From Lingula anatina (lineage: Eukaryota; Animalia; Brachiopoda): 64,000 nucleotides of DNA. Under the pieces are notes generated by a model, which was not told the origin of the DNA, searched no databases, and saw only the letters and a program-made list of their open reading frames with translations. The stretch lies in NCBI GenBank assembly GCA_051362555.1, contig CM120647.1, positions 16,220,651 to 16,284,650 on the forward strand, given 5' to 3'. This document shows, piece after piece, positions 1 through 11,433 of the stretch. The translations under genes were made by a program, and so were the position numbers. Positions within the stretch are counted from its first letter, which is position 1; every line of letters starts with the position of its first letter.

Positions 1-565
1 CCAGTAACTGCTCGGCATCATGTGTCCGTGGGTGATCTTCTTTGTCACTTTTTATAGCGGCATCAATGTGTGTCCTGACAATGACATATTTCTTATGCCG
101 AAGCTGAGCTCTTTTAGCAAGCCATACATCCTTTTCAAAATTACGGTTGCCGACAATGATAATGAAAAAGTCGTATGAATCAAAATTGACCTTTTCTTCG
201 TAATTTTCTTGGTTGAATTGTGTTGTGCCAATTCCAGGTAAGTCCCACAGGGAAATGTTTTTATTCTTTGGATGGCGGTACTCCTTGGGGACCCTGGTTG
301 CCTCAGACTCAACTACTGAGACAAGCGCTGCACCATCAGCTTCAGCAGTAAGACCTCGGAATGAGTTGATGAATGTTGATTTTCCAGTACCTGACCTTCC
401 AGTTACAGCAATTTTCACAGTTTCGTTTTCGGCTCCTCTTACCTTGTTTGACATAAAGTCTGCGATATTTTCGAGACCATTTTGTCTCACATAAGCTTCA
501 ATTTCTTCGAGTTCCTCTGGTTCAATGAACTGATATCGGGGTCTCTCCTGCTGGTTTTCTGCCAT
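1..565 (-). CDS. Immunity-related (interferon-inducible p47/IIGP-like) GTPase, 5' part; runs off the left edge
   Basis: Open frame from ATG at 565 (missing from the ORF track because it has no stop in the window): MAENQQERPRYQFIEPEELEEIEAYVRQNGLENIADFMSNKVRGAENETVKIAVTGRSGTGKSTFINSFRGL...YRHPKNKNISLWDLPGIGTTQF...YDFFIIIVGNRNFEKDVWLAK...VRTHID. IRG-type G1 (GxSGxGKS), G3 (WDLPGIG) and YDFF motifs are present. A splice acceptor (ttacag) lies ~14 nt upstream of the ATG, suggesting a 5'UTR intron as in vertebrate IRGs. Confidence 0.92.
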   Translation of the reverse strand, partial: MAENQQERPRYQFIEPEELEEIEAYVRQNGLENIADFMSNKVRGAENETVKIAVTGRSGTGKSTFINSFRGLTAEADGAALVSVVESEATRVPKEYRHPKNKNISLWDLPGIGTTQFNQENYEEKVNFDSYDFFIIIVGNRNFEKDVWLAKRAQLRHKKYVIVRTHIDAAIKSDKEDHPRTHDAEQLL

Positions 566-1066
566 TGTTAGAAAAAATCTGTAAGGATGAATGTATAATT
601 GGATCAAACCACAAAAGCACGCGTTTTGTATTTTAAAGGCAAAGTTTTTTGTTATTCAAAATAAAATAGAATTACAGCAATCAAAATAGAAGCTATTACA
701 ACAACAAGGACCTAAACTGTCAATCAGTTGAAGATGTTACAAGATTGGACATCTATAAAATCACACTCCAATGCCTCGAAAAGTAAAAATAGACATGCAC
801 TTGTAAGTGCTTTAGTGTCGACATGGCACTCAAACTCATCATGGTTAAACCTAAAGCTTCATATTAAATGAAAAAGTTGTATTGACGTCACTGCTCATTG
901 ATGATAACAGTGTTATTTGTTTATTGCTTAAATTTCATTTTACCTATGAAATGCGTTGGAATGATCAGCTAAAACATATTTCCCTTTTAAAAAGGGGCCG
1001 GGTAACTTTGCCATTAGCAAAATATGAGTTGAATTTGTCTTCGAAAAGGATAAGAACATATGTGCC

Positions 1067-1082
<16 letters not shown>

Positions 1083-1149
<67 letters not shown>
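1083..1149. repeat. (TA)n microsatellite preceded by poly(A)
   Basis: Directly visible; explains the IYIYIY ORFs on both strands. Confidence 0.95.
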
Positions 1150-1150
<1 letters not shown>

Positions 1151-2826
1151 TACCGTAAAAGATATAAAAGATTCAGCAATGTGGGTGCCAATACATTTCA
1201 ACTTAGGAATAAAAAAACGATCTAGAAAGCGCGTATAGAGCCTTTTGAATAAATTAAATTGAAATCCGTGGTCTTCGAAAACACGTAAAATAAATAAACG
1301 CAACATAATTTATCTATGTTTACAATACAAACCTTACTTAAAATATTTGTTCGAGATTGATGGGCCTCCTCCACCACACATGTATATGTTCAATTAAATT
1401 CATGAAAATACGGTTTGAAAGAAACTTACGTGACTTTATGTCAGCTCCGATAAAAATGGATCACGAGGAAAACGCCCCTCTTTTATTGCGGATTAGCGGT
1501 GACGTTATCGGGACCTACAGAGGTTTCCAAATTATTGAAACAATATACATGGATAAGAATAACTCGGCTTCTGTACTCTTGGTCTGCGTCGAGACATCTC
1601 TGTAGCTTGTAGACTTGACACTTGTGAGATAAAAAGACGCATTAACTCTGTAGCGAGACTTAAAGATAGAGTAACCAAATTGATTATCCATGATGGATGA
1701 GACTTATCACAGTGGACTTTGTTCCGAAATATTTACTTGCCCAGAATACACGCAGATATACAGAAGAATGATTATTTTTATATGACTAACTATTTTTAAA
1801 AACATGCAATACACTGTAATTTAAACATTTCTTCTTCAATAAATGAATATTATAAAATCATCATCATTATTGTCATTTGTCTTTGCCTTATTTACCTGTT
1901 TATATCATTATTTTATCTCTTTTTTATGTTAGAATGGGAAAAGGCAAGGCCTTGTCGGATTAAGCAGATTCGATGCAAAAAAAAGCTGACCAAGGTAGGT
2001 CTATATCAAAAAATACAACAAACCACGTGTGTTTCGTTTTTCATATGCTGAATGTAAAGATTTCCTTTAAAAACCTGTACTGTCCATTATGGCTTCGCCT
2101 GATCTTTATCGTTATGCACGACGACAAAACATCCAATACAAATTTAATGATGAAGTTTACTTTTGCGGTGTTAGGGGTGTTAGGAAACAGAATAAGGATT
2201 TAGACATATAGATCTATCGGCACATTATCGGTAATTGCTTATATTGCAGTCCAATCAGCAGATTGCACGACGCAGTTTATATCTAAAAATCACTGCTATC
2301 GTCTTAATGAAAATAAATAAATACTTTGGAAGAAAAGAAAGATTTCGGGAAACTGTGGTGTTTGTTTAACGTCTGTGCGTAAAACGGCCTTATCAATTTT
2401 CTGTAATCATCCAGTTTTAAAAAAGAATACTTAAATTGTCAGTGGGCTGTGCCCTGTTATTTTTCCGAACCTACGGTATATTTTTACATAGATAGTAGAT
2501 AGTAAGCATGATCTTAATGAAAATCGACAGGGTTCATTCCAAATCTATTAGTACAGTGTAGTCTACAAAATATTTTTCAAAAAATAATTTTTAAATTGTG
2601 GCCTCATCGTAAAACAACGAAGAGACCAATATACTGGGAATTTTTTCTTAAATAATAAGCATATACAGAAATAGATTTCCCTTTGTGCTACACGTTTACG
2701 GTGAGTTTGTATTTAAACGATCTAAGGTAGGAAAGTAACGGGTAATAAAAAGCTTTTTTCCTTCTCATGTTCTATATTTTTAACACGGCTTGGGCGTCTA
2801 CGTTAAGAATAATAAATAACACATGG

Positions 2827-3063
2827 TTACCTCCGCCAAGGAGGTTATGTTTTCACCCCTGGCTTTCTGTCTGTTTGTCATCAACATAACTATTACAGTT
2901 ATGGACCGATTTTAATGAAATTTTCAGGGTAGGTCAGAAATGGGTCAACTTAGAAGTGATTAGTTTTTGGTGGTGATCCGGATCAATAATCAATAATCAA
3001 TCAATAATAATCAAAAATTGCCGCCTTGGGGGAGGTAGGCGCTCTCGGAGTGTTTTTCTAGTT
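2827..3063 (+). mobile_element. Non-autonomous Helentron-type element (HINE/DINE-1-like)
   Basis: Starts ttACCTCCGCCAAGGaggttatgttttc. Subterminal inverted copy CCTTGGGGGAGGT at ~3024-3036, a short GTCT/GTTT repeat near the 5' end, a 3' hairpin gcgctctcggagtgt, then ctagttt. This is the usual layout of this element class. Confidence 0.75.
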
Positions 3064-3721
3064 TCAAATATTTCTGGTTTAAATGAAACGATTCATGATT
3101 TCCACATACCATTTATTAATATTTTAATATTTAAAAATATCGATCATGAATGTAATTTAAAACATTTTAAGCAAAATATTAAATTATACACTGCATTCCG
3201 ATAATTACACACAATAATTACAGACACACGACATTATTTGCCTTTGTTATTCAGACGACGAGCAACTTTTTCAGTTTTGAAGTGCTTTTTAATGTGTATT
3301 GTTTGAGTCTTCCATTTTTTATACAAACGCTAAAATATTAGTTATCTTCTTCCCCAAAGAGAGGGAAAAACATTGTTTTAGACATTGAAAAAAGGTAAAT
3401 AATCTGCCAGTTCTTAATATACTAAACAGGAGACAAACAAAACATCGTTTACCTGACAGTCAATATAGAAATTCACTAAATATGAAAAAAAGAACAAAAA
3501 TTAAATTGATTGATTGTAATCTGAATTTCAAACTAAACGATTAACAACATTCATTTAACGATGACAAGAAAAGAAGTATAATTAATAATATAAATGTAAT
3601 ATATTATGTATAATTAATGCACTTACTATCATGGCTAAAAATAATATTATTTATGTACATTATTCCTTTAAAATAGGAATTTCGTCTTTCGATGATGTCT
3701 GAAACGTCATTTAAACATTTT

Positions 3722-4768
3722 TTACATTTCGCCTTCAATAATGTTCAAACTCCGGCGAAGTATGAAATCTGTCATATGACAAGACAGATATGCAGACATT
3801 GCACACCCCAAGACGGTGACATGGACAGAGTACGGGCTCTCCATGAAGTACAGGTGTAACTTTAAGAACTCGCCAAGAAGCCTGCCAACTCCTGCAACTT
3901 GAAATTTCCATGAACTCGTGGGACCCAAACATCTCCTAGAAAGTTCCGTTTGTTTGAGGACATTTGTATAACTTTCTATCTGCCGTATAATTACGAAAAG
4001 CTCAACGACGAGGGGAAGAAATGGAACAGGAACCGCGGCTACTATCCCTGATAGAAAAACAGTTCGCCAGACAATATTGCGCAGGGATTGGATTTTGACT
4101 CTGATGGCAGAAGGATAAGGCACAGGTATGGCCACTGCACCTGTCTCTTTTTTTATACGAGGCAGAAGCTGAAGCATGTCCGAGTTCAACTTGGGAAAGT
4201 CCCATTTGTCTTTGTCCTGCAACCGCGTAGATATCAAATAGACTTGAGTACGGGTCGCTTTAATACCAGCATTTTGAATTTGTGTCTCGCAGTCATTTCG
4301 GACGAGATCTAAGCATGATTTCTCGGCTGATGTTTTGTCACCACCTTTTTTCATGGATGCTATGTCCTGGTCAATATGAGTTCGAATGTAAAAGAAACGC
4401 TTTCGTCTCCGGTTGACCTGTTTTACGAGCCACGCGTCTTCTTCATAGAACCGTCCTCGTCCAAATATCAAGTAGAAATCGTAAGTGTTAAAGTAAACAG
4501 TTTCCAAATAATTATTTTTACCAAATTCACCAGTTCCAATTCCCGGCAAATCCCAGAAAATGAGGCCTGGCTGCTCTGGATGTTTATATATGCCAGTGGT
4601 ACGTTGCGATCCACAGGCATCTACGGGCGCCGCGCCAGGGTCGTCAGCTCTCAGTCCAAGAATTGTGTTGAGGAACTGAGATTTCCCTGAACCCGATATC
4701 CCACATAAGGCTGCTTTGACTTGAGTGTTCGACCACTGGTTAGAATCTTCCATCTTGGATCTGTTCAT
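3722..4768 (-). CDS. Immunity-related (IRG/p47-like) GTPase, single coding exon
   Basis: ORF with ALCGISGSGKSQFLNTILGL (G1), YKHPEQPGLIFWDLPGIGT (G3), YDFYLI, YIRTHID (G4), WDFPKL and the hydrophobic SGIVAAVPVPFL segment typical of IRG C-terminal domains. First ATG is at 4768 (the ORF track begins at a TTG at 4807); candidate acceptor (catacag) at ~4855. Confidence 0.92.
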   Translation of the reverse strand: MNRSKMEDSNQWSNTQVKAALCGISGSGKSQFLNTILGLRADDPGAAPVDACGSQRTTGIYKHPEQPGLIFWDLPGIGTGEFGKNNYLETVYFNTYDFYLIFGRGRFYEEDAWLVKQVNRRRKRFFYIRTHIDQDIASMKKGGDKTSAEKSCLDLVRNDCETQIQNAGIKATRTQVYLISTRLQDKDKWDFPKLNSDMLQLLPRIKKETGAVAIPVPYPSAIRVKIQSLRNIVWRTVFLSGIVAAVPVPFLPLVVELFVIIRQIESYTNVLKQTELSRRCLGPTSSWKFQVAGVGRLLGEFLKLHLYFMESPYSVHVTVLGCAMSAYLSCHMTDFILRRSLNIIEGEM

Positions 4769-5160
4769 GTTCTTTTTGTAAAGCCTTAATAGCCGTTTTA
4801 TCGACAAAGTCAGAGTTTAGAAGAGAAAGAAATATACTCCTCCACCAACTTAATCTGTATGATAAATAGCTCGACTTTTATTTGCTTAGGCCCAAGCCAC
4901 ACATTATAGCATACGCTAGGTGCAGCATGGCTGACAGAGCAAACACATAATCACGTGATGTGGTTGTTTGACAATGGGCGTGGCTAATCAAGAACACCAG
5001 GGTGCTGCACAATGTAATATACCATCAACTTCTTTTGGAACTAAGCAAATCACATTGTGTTATTGTGTTATTGTGGTTTAATGATAGATTATTATAACTT
5101 GACATAGTTATTTATTTTATTTATTGAATTTTCACATAGCCTTTGGAATAATAATAATAA

Positions 5161-5620
5161 TGCACATCCCTGATGATGGGTAAATTATTCACCAAAGTTT
5201 TAGCTTCCTAACTCTAATGGTCTAGGGCAGATGGCAGAAATTACAATGTCATAAGAATTTAGAATTAATCACCCCCCCCCCCCCCCCCCCACGAGACAAC
5301 CCAATCCCCTGTGGCACTAAAATTCCAAAGTGCCCATGCACATCCCTGATGATGGGTAAACTATTTAACAAAGTTTCAGCTTCCTAACTCTGATGGTCTT
5401 GGAGGAGATAGCAGAAATTACAATGCCATACGAATTTAGAATCATTCCCCCACCCTGGGACAGCCAAATCCCCTGTGGCACTAAAATTCCAAAACACCCA
5501 TGCACATCCCTGATGATAGGTCTACCAATTCCAAAAGTTTCAGTTTCCTATCTGTAATGGTCTAAGAGGAGATAGTGAAAATTACAATGTTATAAGAATT
5601 TAGAATCATCCCCCACCCCA
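5161..5620. repeat. Tandem array of ~165-175-bp units (about 2.7 copies), probably internal repeats of a non-autonomous element
   Basis: tgcacatccctgatgat...aaagtttcagcttcctaactct..atggtct..gaggagatag..gaaattacaatg recurs at 5161, 5337 and 5501. Confidence 0.85.
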
Positions 5621-5899
5621 GGGGGTGTTGTTGTTGTTTGATGCAGAGCATATGGAATAGTTGTATTTGTCCCAGTCAGTAGATGGGGTATTTTGTGGTT
5701 CCTGTTATAGTCACATCGTGGAGTAATGTTTTCCATATTGAAGTCATCAACTGTATTATCAGACTCCAGGCCCCTGAATATTCCCATCTTTTACACCTTC
5801 TGATAGCAAGTGTTGACACGGTCTCGAGCTTAGATAGGAAATAAATACAAACGCCTTAGCAAGTCTCGTTAACTACCGTTAGCTCAAGGATGACCTACC

Positions 5900-6265
5900 T
5901 TCATATTTTATGCTGATCTTTTCTGCATTCCTGAAAAATTTTAGTGGTAGACTTAGAGACAGTAGTATACAACTTTGGCATAGTAGGATATCACAAGAAA
6001 ATCTCAAATTGAGAAGGTATAAAACTTTCAAACTTCATTTTGAGAAAGAAAAATACCTTGATATAATACAAGATATAGAAAAACGTCAAACCCTAACCAA
6101 ATTCAGAATCAGTGAACACTACAAGCAGCCACAATTTGCACATAGAAACAGGTCGCCACGTCAAGGGTAAACCAACACCAGTCGAAGACAGAAAATGCCA
6201 AATCTGCCACTCTGGAGTTATAGAGGATGAAGAGCACTTCTTAATTACCTGCCCTCTGTATATCA
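5900..6265 (+). mobile_element. Decayed 3' fragment of an RTEX-like LINE ORF2
   Basis: KLRRYKTFK...KYL...RQTLTKFRIS, then a frameshift, then HNLHIETGR...RKCQICHSGVIEDEEHFLITCPLY: the C-terminal CCHC region of non-LTR retrotransposon ORF2. Confidence 0.8.
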
Positions 6266-7330
6266 GTCATTCTTTGCTAGTTGTGCACTGCGGGGGGACC
6301 ATAACAAGAATGTAATTTAAATTTAGATAGCCGACCAAATTCTCCTGACATCGTTGTGTATGTTTCAATAACAAATCAAAGAAGCTGCATGAGCAAGGAG
6401 GATGTTGTTATAAAAGCAAAAAAAGAGAAAAAGCAGAAAATATATCGAAATTACCCTCAAAATGGCGTCCTTTTTTGTGGAATTTGGACCCTACCTCTAT
6501 TTAGGAACAGTTTGTTTAGGGTTTGAATGAATTATTGAAGCAGGGAATACACCTACTGCAAGAAGATATAATAAACAGAATGTGCAAATGGTTATTTAAA
6601 TAAAAATTTATTTGAAGTCACTGAAAAATGATCACAAAATTAGCTTAACTTACGATACATGCGGTGTCCCACCCCGATGAAAATTTCATCTAATCCTATC
6701 TTTCCGTATTAAAACTGTTCAATCGTCCAAAGTAGTATGTCGGTTAGTTTGTGTCACGAAATCCATGATAATATCAGTTTTCTTAAGAATTTCACATTAA
6801 TTGCTCAGCAAGGTCGATTTTTCTTCACCGCGTCCCAATGTAACGTTCGCAACGCTGAAACTTCAGAGATCGATTCTTATCAGACGACTTTAAAATGCCG
6901 CGTGAAAATTATACATCGATAGCGATCTTCTTCCATACTCACTAACTGATGACGTCTTACACACGAATGGCTTCTTTTGCACACTAAAAAACCCAGCTCA
7001 AACTGGCGGGTGGCCCATTCTGATAACATGTCACGCAATGACGCTGTCGAGATAGGATGCAGGGCACAGGTGTAATTCCCTCGATTTAACCGTCACAGGA
7101 TTGTTAATTGGGATCTTCTTTGTATGAAGGTGAGAAATAATGAGTTTCGTTTCATTTTTCTTCAATTGTTTCAACATATTTGTGTACCGATTGATTTTTA
7201 CCATTCTATAAGTAGGGTGACTTCGTTTGAACTTTCGTTTTGCGTCTGTGTCACATGGGGGACTAAAGGTCATAGTTTAGTTTTAGTTTTATTATGAATT
7301 CAGTTTTTCAAGGCCTCTGGCCCATAGTAC

Positions 7331-7381
<51 letters not shown>

Positions 7382-7822
7382 GTTAAGTCCATGAGAAGTA
7401 TTAAGGATTGTTAATTTTGTCAGTGACTCAAAATTTCTTTTCTTAATAAAAAAGCATTAAATATATAAGCAGCTAAATTTGATATTAAATTTGTTTTTTG
7501 TAGCCATTAATCTTAAAAAACTTTCTTTAGTAGGGTTATTCACTTGCAGATATTTTTCTCTTAATTCTGTATATGCTACACATGTCATTAAAAAATGGTA
7601 TTTTTTTTTTTAAACAACGTTTATTCAAAAGAATGAAGTGGAGGCAAGGCGCTGGAAGCATTATATGCTCTCCACAAAATTAAATTAAATAAGTAAATAA
7701 ATAAATAAAACAAATGGATAGGTATATACATATATACAACAGGGTAAATGTAAAACTTCATATATATATCAGGAGCACAAGTTAAGTACAGAAAGAAAGA
7801 AGAGGAAAAGAGATAATACCTA

Positions 7823-10273
7823 TTAAGTGATAACAAAGTTTACGAGAAGAAAATTTGCAACAGTGTCGAAGATAATTTCATTTTGGGTGGGTGATAAGGA
7901 TTTATGACCGTAGAGAAATAACGACAGCTTTTCTTTTTGTGTTTTGAAAGAGGTCTTGCTTGCATGTAGAGTTTCATTTATTTTTTGGTAAAGGGGAGGG
8001 TACTTTGAATTGAGTAAAGGGCATCTGAAGAAAAAGTGAAGAGGGGTTTCAAGGGCACCACAGGTGCAGTGTGGTGTATCAATAGTAGTCCAGTTATGCC
8101 TAAACAATTCTGCTCTAAATAAACAACCGACCCTCGCTCTGTTAAGAATTTTTTCATGATTTCTGTTCAAGTTTAGTGTTGTTGTTGAAAGCGACCCAGC
8201 AGTGAGGTGTTTTTTTATCGAGTTCTTGAAAGATGAGATTGAAGGTAAAGATTTAGTGGAGGAGGAGAGTTGATCCCATGAAGACATCAGAAAATAGTTA
8301 ACCGAGGTACGGGGGTATTTAGGAGGAAGTTTAAAGTCTCTTTTGTTATTTTCTCGGGTTATGATTGGAAAAGGGTTTCTGAATGGGCGGAATATATCAG
8401 AAACATAGGAGGGGACCAAATTCGCCATGACTGAAAACATAATTTTTTGAGCATGCATTTTTCTTCTATCAAATAGAGAAATCCAATTTAGTTGTTCAAA
8501 TATTTTGGAGGTACAAGAGCTAGGTAAGGCTCCCAGTACTATTTTGCCGGCTTGGTATTGAAGAGACGATAGTTTCGATAATTTCTTCTGGAGTGAGTTA
8601 TGATAGAAGATGTCACAGTAATCAAATTGTGATTGGATAAAGGCATTATATATAACATTTAAATGTTTGGACCTAACTTTGCAGTATAGAGGTTTTAGTG
8701 CATTTACGGCCCGTTGAACCTTTTCGCAAACATAATCAGTATGATCATTAAAATTTAGTTTTGAATCAAGTACTAGTCCCAGGTGTTTGTGGCTCTTTGT
8801 CCTAGGTATCATGGTATTGTTTATATACAATTCAGGGTATGTACTATTATAATTTTCTTTGCCGAATATAATTTCGCGGCACTTTGCCGGTTTAAAATTG
8901 AGTTTCCATTTATTGGACCAATTTTCAATGGTACGTAGGTCACCTTGTAATATAGCATGTGAATCAACATCTCCCCGACGCGAGGGCATAAAGAGGGAAG
9001 TATCATCCGCATAGATGAAACAATCAGTAGAGAGTCCGTCAGGGAGGTCATTTATATATATGAGAAAAAGTAATGGGCCAAGTATGCTACCTTGGGGTAC
9101 ACTTGTATTTATGTAACCTCCCTTAGATAAATTAGACGATTTCCCACCAACACGTACTTTAACTCTTCTATTAGTCAAGTACGATGACAATAGTGCATGA
9201 AGTTTGCCGGTTAGACCGTAAGACTTGAGTTTAAGGAGAAGGAGTGAATGGGGAACTCTGTCGAAAGCAGCCTCTATATCGAGAAAGACTCCTCTGGTGT
9301 CATAACCATTAATAGAATTACTCGTAATTAAATTATGAATCGCCAAGAGCTGGTGCTCTGTGCTATGACCCTTCAAAAAGCCGGATTGTTTAGGGTATAG
9401 GAGTTTGTTGTTCAGAATAAAGTTAATCACTCTATTATATATTATTCGCTCTAAAATCTTAGATATAATACTAAGTAAAGAAATTGGTCTATAGTTTAAA
9501 ATAGATTTTTTATCATCTTTTTTAAAGATTGGGCAAATTTCGGCAATTTTCCAGATGTTGGGGAAGGTATTAGACTGTATAATTGCGTTGAACAGAATAT
9601 TTAGGGGCTTCACCACGGAGTTTTTGGTAAGTTTTATCATCTTGACGGTAATCAGGTCAGGGCCGTTAGCTTTAGATGGGTCTAAATCATCAATTATCGA
9701 TTTAATTTCACTAATAGTGGATTGTATCTGAGATAGGGAAGCATCAGTTCTTACAGGAAAGAGAATTTCGCCAACATTTGCTACAGAGTCCGAGTGGTAC
9801 ATTGATGAGAAATAGGACAGAAATTCATCAGCCTTTTCTTGATCAGTAGAAGCGACAGATCCATTTCTCGGGTTATTGAGAATAGGAATAGAAGACGATC
9901 GCTGTTTCCCAAGAATATTTTTCATTACGGTCCAGTATGATTTACTATCATCACCTTTATTGTCGAGGCTCTCTATTTTAGAATTAAGGAATGATTCTTT
10001 TGTTTTAATTATTAATTCTTTAACTTTTATCGCCTGATTTTTGTAATTATTTTCATTCCTTTCTGAAGGTTTAATCCTCATTTTTTTATATAGTTTCTTT
10101 TTCTTATTTAACTCATGCTTGATTTGGTCATTAAACCATGGCTTGTCATTTGACCTGATCAGCCTCCTTTTATGGGGTATATGGCGTTTGTAAAAAGAGA
10201 GTAAAGAATCAGTAAAAACTTCAGTTTTTTCGTTCATATCATAATTATTTTTTAAAAATAGTTTCCCAGTCAT
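7823..10273 (-). CDS. LINE ORF2 reverse transcriptase and C-terminal zinc knuckle
   Basis: 816-aa uninterrupted frame with the non-LTR RT motifs (KPWFN, GPDLI, YRPISLL, QSGF, AFD, QG, YADD). Confidence 0.93.
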   Translation of the reverse strand: MTGKLFLKNNYDMNEKTEVFTDSLLSFYKRHIPHKRRLIRSNDKPWFNDQIKHELNKKKKLYKKMRIKPSERNENNYKNQAIKVKELIIKTKESFLNSKIESLDNKGDDSKSYWTVMKNILGKQRSSSIPILNNPRNGSVASTDQEKADEFLSYFSSMYHSDSVANVGEILFPVRTDASLSQIQSTISEIKSIIDDLDPSKANGPDLITVKMIKLTKNSVVKPLNILFNAIIQSNTFPNIWKIAEICPIFKKDDKKSILNYRPISLLSIISKILERIIYNRVINFILNNKLLYPKQSGFLKGHSTEHQLLAIHNLITSNSINGYDTRGVFLDIEAAFDRVPHSLLLLKLKSYGLTGKLHALLSSYLTNRRVKVRVGGKSSNLSKGGYINTSVPQGSILGPLLFLIYINDLPDGLSTDCFIYADDTSLFMPSRRGDVDSHAILQGDLRTIENWSNKWKLNFKPAKCREIIFGKENYNSTYPELYINNTMIPRTKSHKHLGLVLDSKLNFNDHTDYVCEKVQRAVNALKPLYCKVRSKHLNVIYNAFIQSQFDYCDIFYHNSLQKKLSKLSSLQYQAGKIVLGALPSSCTSKIFEQLNWISLFDRRKMHAQKIMFSVMANLVPSYVSDIFRPFRNPFPIITRENNKRDFKLPPKYPRTSVNYFLMSSWDQLSSSTKSLPSISSFKNSIKKHLTAGSLSTTTLNLNRNHEKILNRARVGCLFRAELFRHNWTTIDTPHCTCGALETPLHFFFRCPLLNSKYPPLYQKINETLHASKTSFKTQKEKLSLFLYGHKSLSPTQNEIIFDTVANFLLVNFVIT

Positions 10274-11433
10274 ATTCGCTTATGTCTTTGTTTAAAGCCA
10301 CCAAATTAGCCTGATCGTACTTCCATATTGTTCTATATACAGGATCGTGTTTGGGTTGAGTAATACAAAGTTCAGTAACGAGGGTACTATGATCCGTTTG
10401 GCCAATGGGCGGGTCAACGAAGGCACTGTTAATTAAGTCGGGTCTGTTTGTCAGAGTCAAATCGATACAAGAAGCGGATTTTCCTTGTATCCTGGTAGGC
10501 TCGTGGATCAGTTGATCGAAGCCTTTTTCTAGAAACAAACTGCTCAAAAGCTTACCCGTGAGGTCTTCCTTACCTTTTCTGAACCAACTAAGAGAGTGAG
10601 CATTAAAGTCTCCATTAATAAAAATACCGTTTGAATTTAGTTGGCATGCTTTTTCGAGACTCATTTTACATAAGTTCACAAACTTGTCTCTTTCGGTTGA
10701 TGTTTGACTAGGCGACCTATAGAAGATGCCATATAAAAACCGCTTAAACTGTAACTGAAATTCAATCCAAATGCAGTTGAGATCGTCACTCTTTAACTCA
10801 GGACATTCTTTGTAAACTATTTTCGAGCTGACATAGATTAATAAGCCTTGGCCAATGTTGTAGTAGATGGGAGAATGGTAACCCTCGATGTTGTAGACAG
10901 TGTTTAACTGATAAGAAGATAACTTTCCCACCTCACATAAGCCGATGATTGACGCTTTTAGGAGTTTGGCTCGGATCATTAAGGCCTCAAATCTTGCACC
11001 ATTTTCCGCACTGATGCTTCTGATGTTTGAAAACAAAAAATTGACTTCCTCAACCCGATTTTGCAGACGTTTATGTGGGCCTGGATTTGGGTGGATATCA
11101 CCTGAAATTAAGAGCAATAGACATAAATTAATTTTATAGGGCAGACCAGGAGTTATTGGTAAGATAAACAGAGAGGATGGAAAAAAGGTACCGATAAGAA
11201 AAGACATACTTTTGGCCAATCTATTGTTTAGCACATTATTTCGGTTGTATATATTGAGATAATTTGTACTGTTATTAAAAGTAGCAGACACTAAAATTGT
11301 TTCCACTTTCCAAGACTGAGAGTCACCGGGGCTTGGGTAGACTTCCCCTGAAATTAAGAGCAGTAGAAGTATAATAGTCACCAGAGGTAACCAGCAGCAA
11401 GTTACGGGTGTTGGAGATAAAGAAGATAATGGA
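10245..11433 (-). CDS. LINE ORF2 N-terminal part: two 2A-like motifs and an apurinic-like endonuclease
   Basis: Open from the 5' truncation point; contains LLLISGEVYPSPGD, LLLISGDIHPNPGP and a complete EN domain. Separated from the RT frame by one extra A in a homopolymer at ~10248-10253. Confidence 0.85.

Larger units (their letters stand above)
7603..11433 (-). mobile_element. Near-intact CR1-group LINE (ORF2 region: APE endonuclease + RT + CCHC), 5'-truncated
   Basis: Poly(A) tail (T run 7601-7611) and 13-bp TSD AAAAAATGGTATT at 7590-7602 and 11434-11446. Endonuclease motifs NIRS, YRSP, GDFNAH, EPTR, SCIDL, TDH; RT motifs YRPISLL, AFDRVPH, PQGSILGPLLFLIYINDL, YADD, KHLG; C-terminal CxCGxxETxxHFFFxC. 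Confidence 0.93.

Noticed and set aside
882-1306. ORFs containing IYIYIY runs on both strands
   Set aside because: Translation of the (TA)n microsatellite.
1400-2360. ISRE, GAS and kB-like motifs upstream of the first IRG (gaaagaaact, ggaaaacgcccc, tttcgggaaa)
   Set aside because: None matches consensus spacing exactly, and such short motifs are expected by chance.
10245-10273. Programmed ribosomal frameshift between the LINE endonuclease and RT ORFs
   Set aside because: It would need a +1 shift and there is no in-frame X XXY YYZ slippery site. EN and RT are normally one ORF, so a single extra A in a homopolymer (mutation or assembly error) is the simpler explanation.
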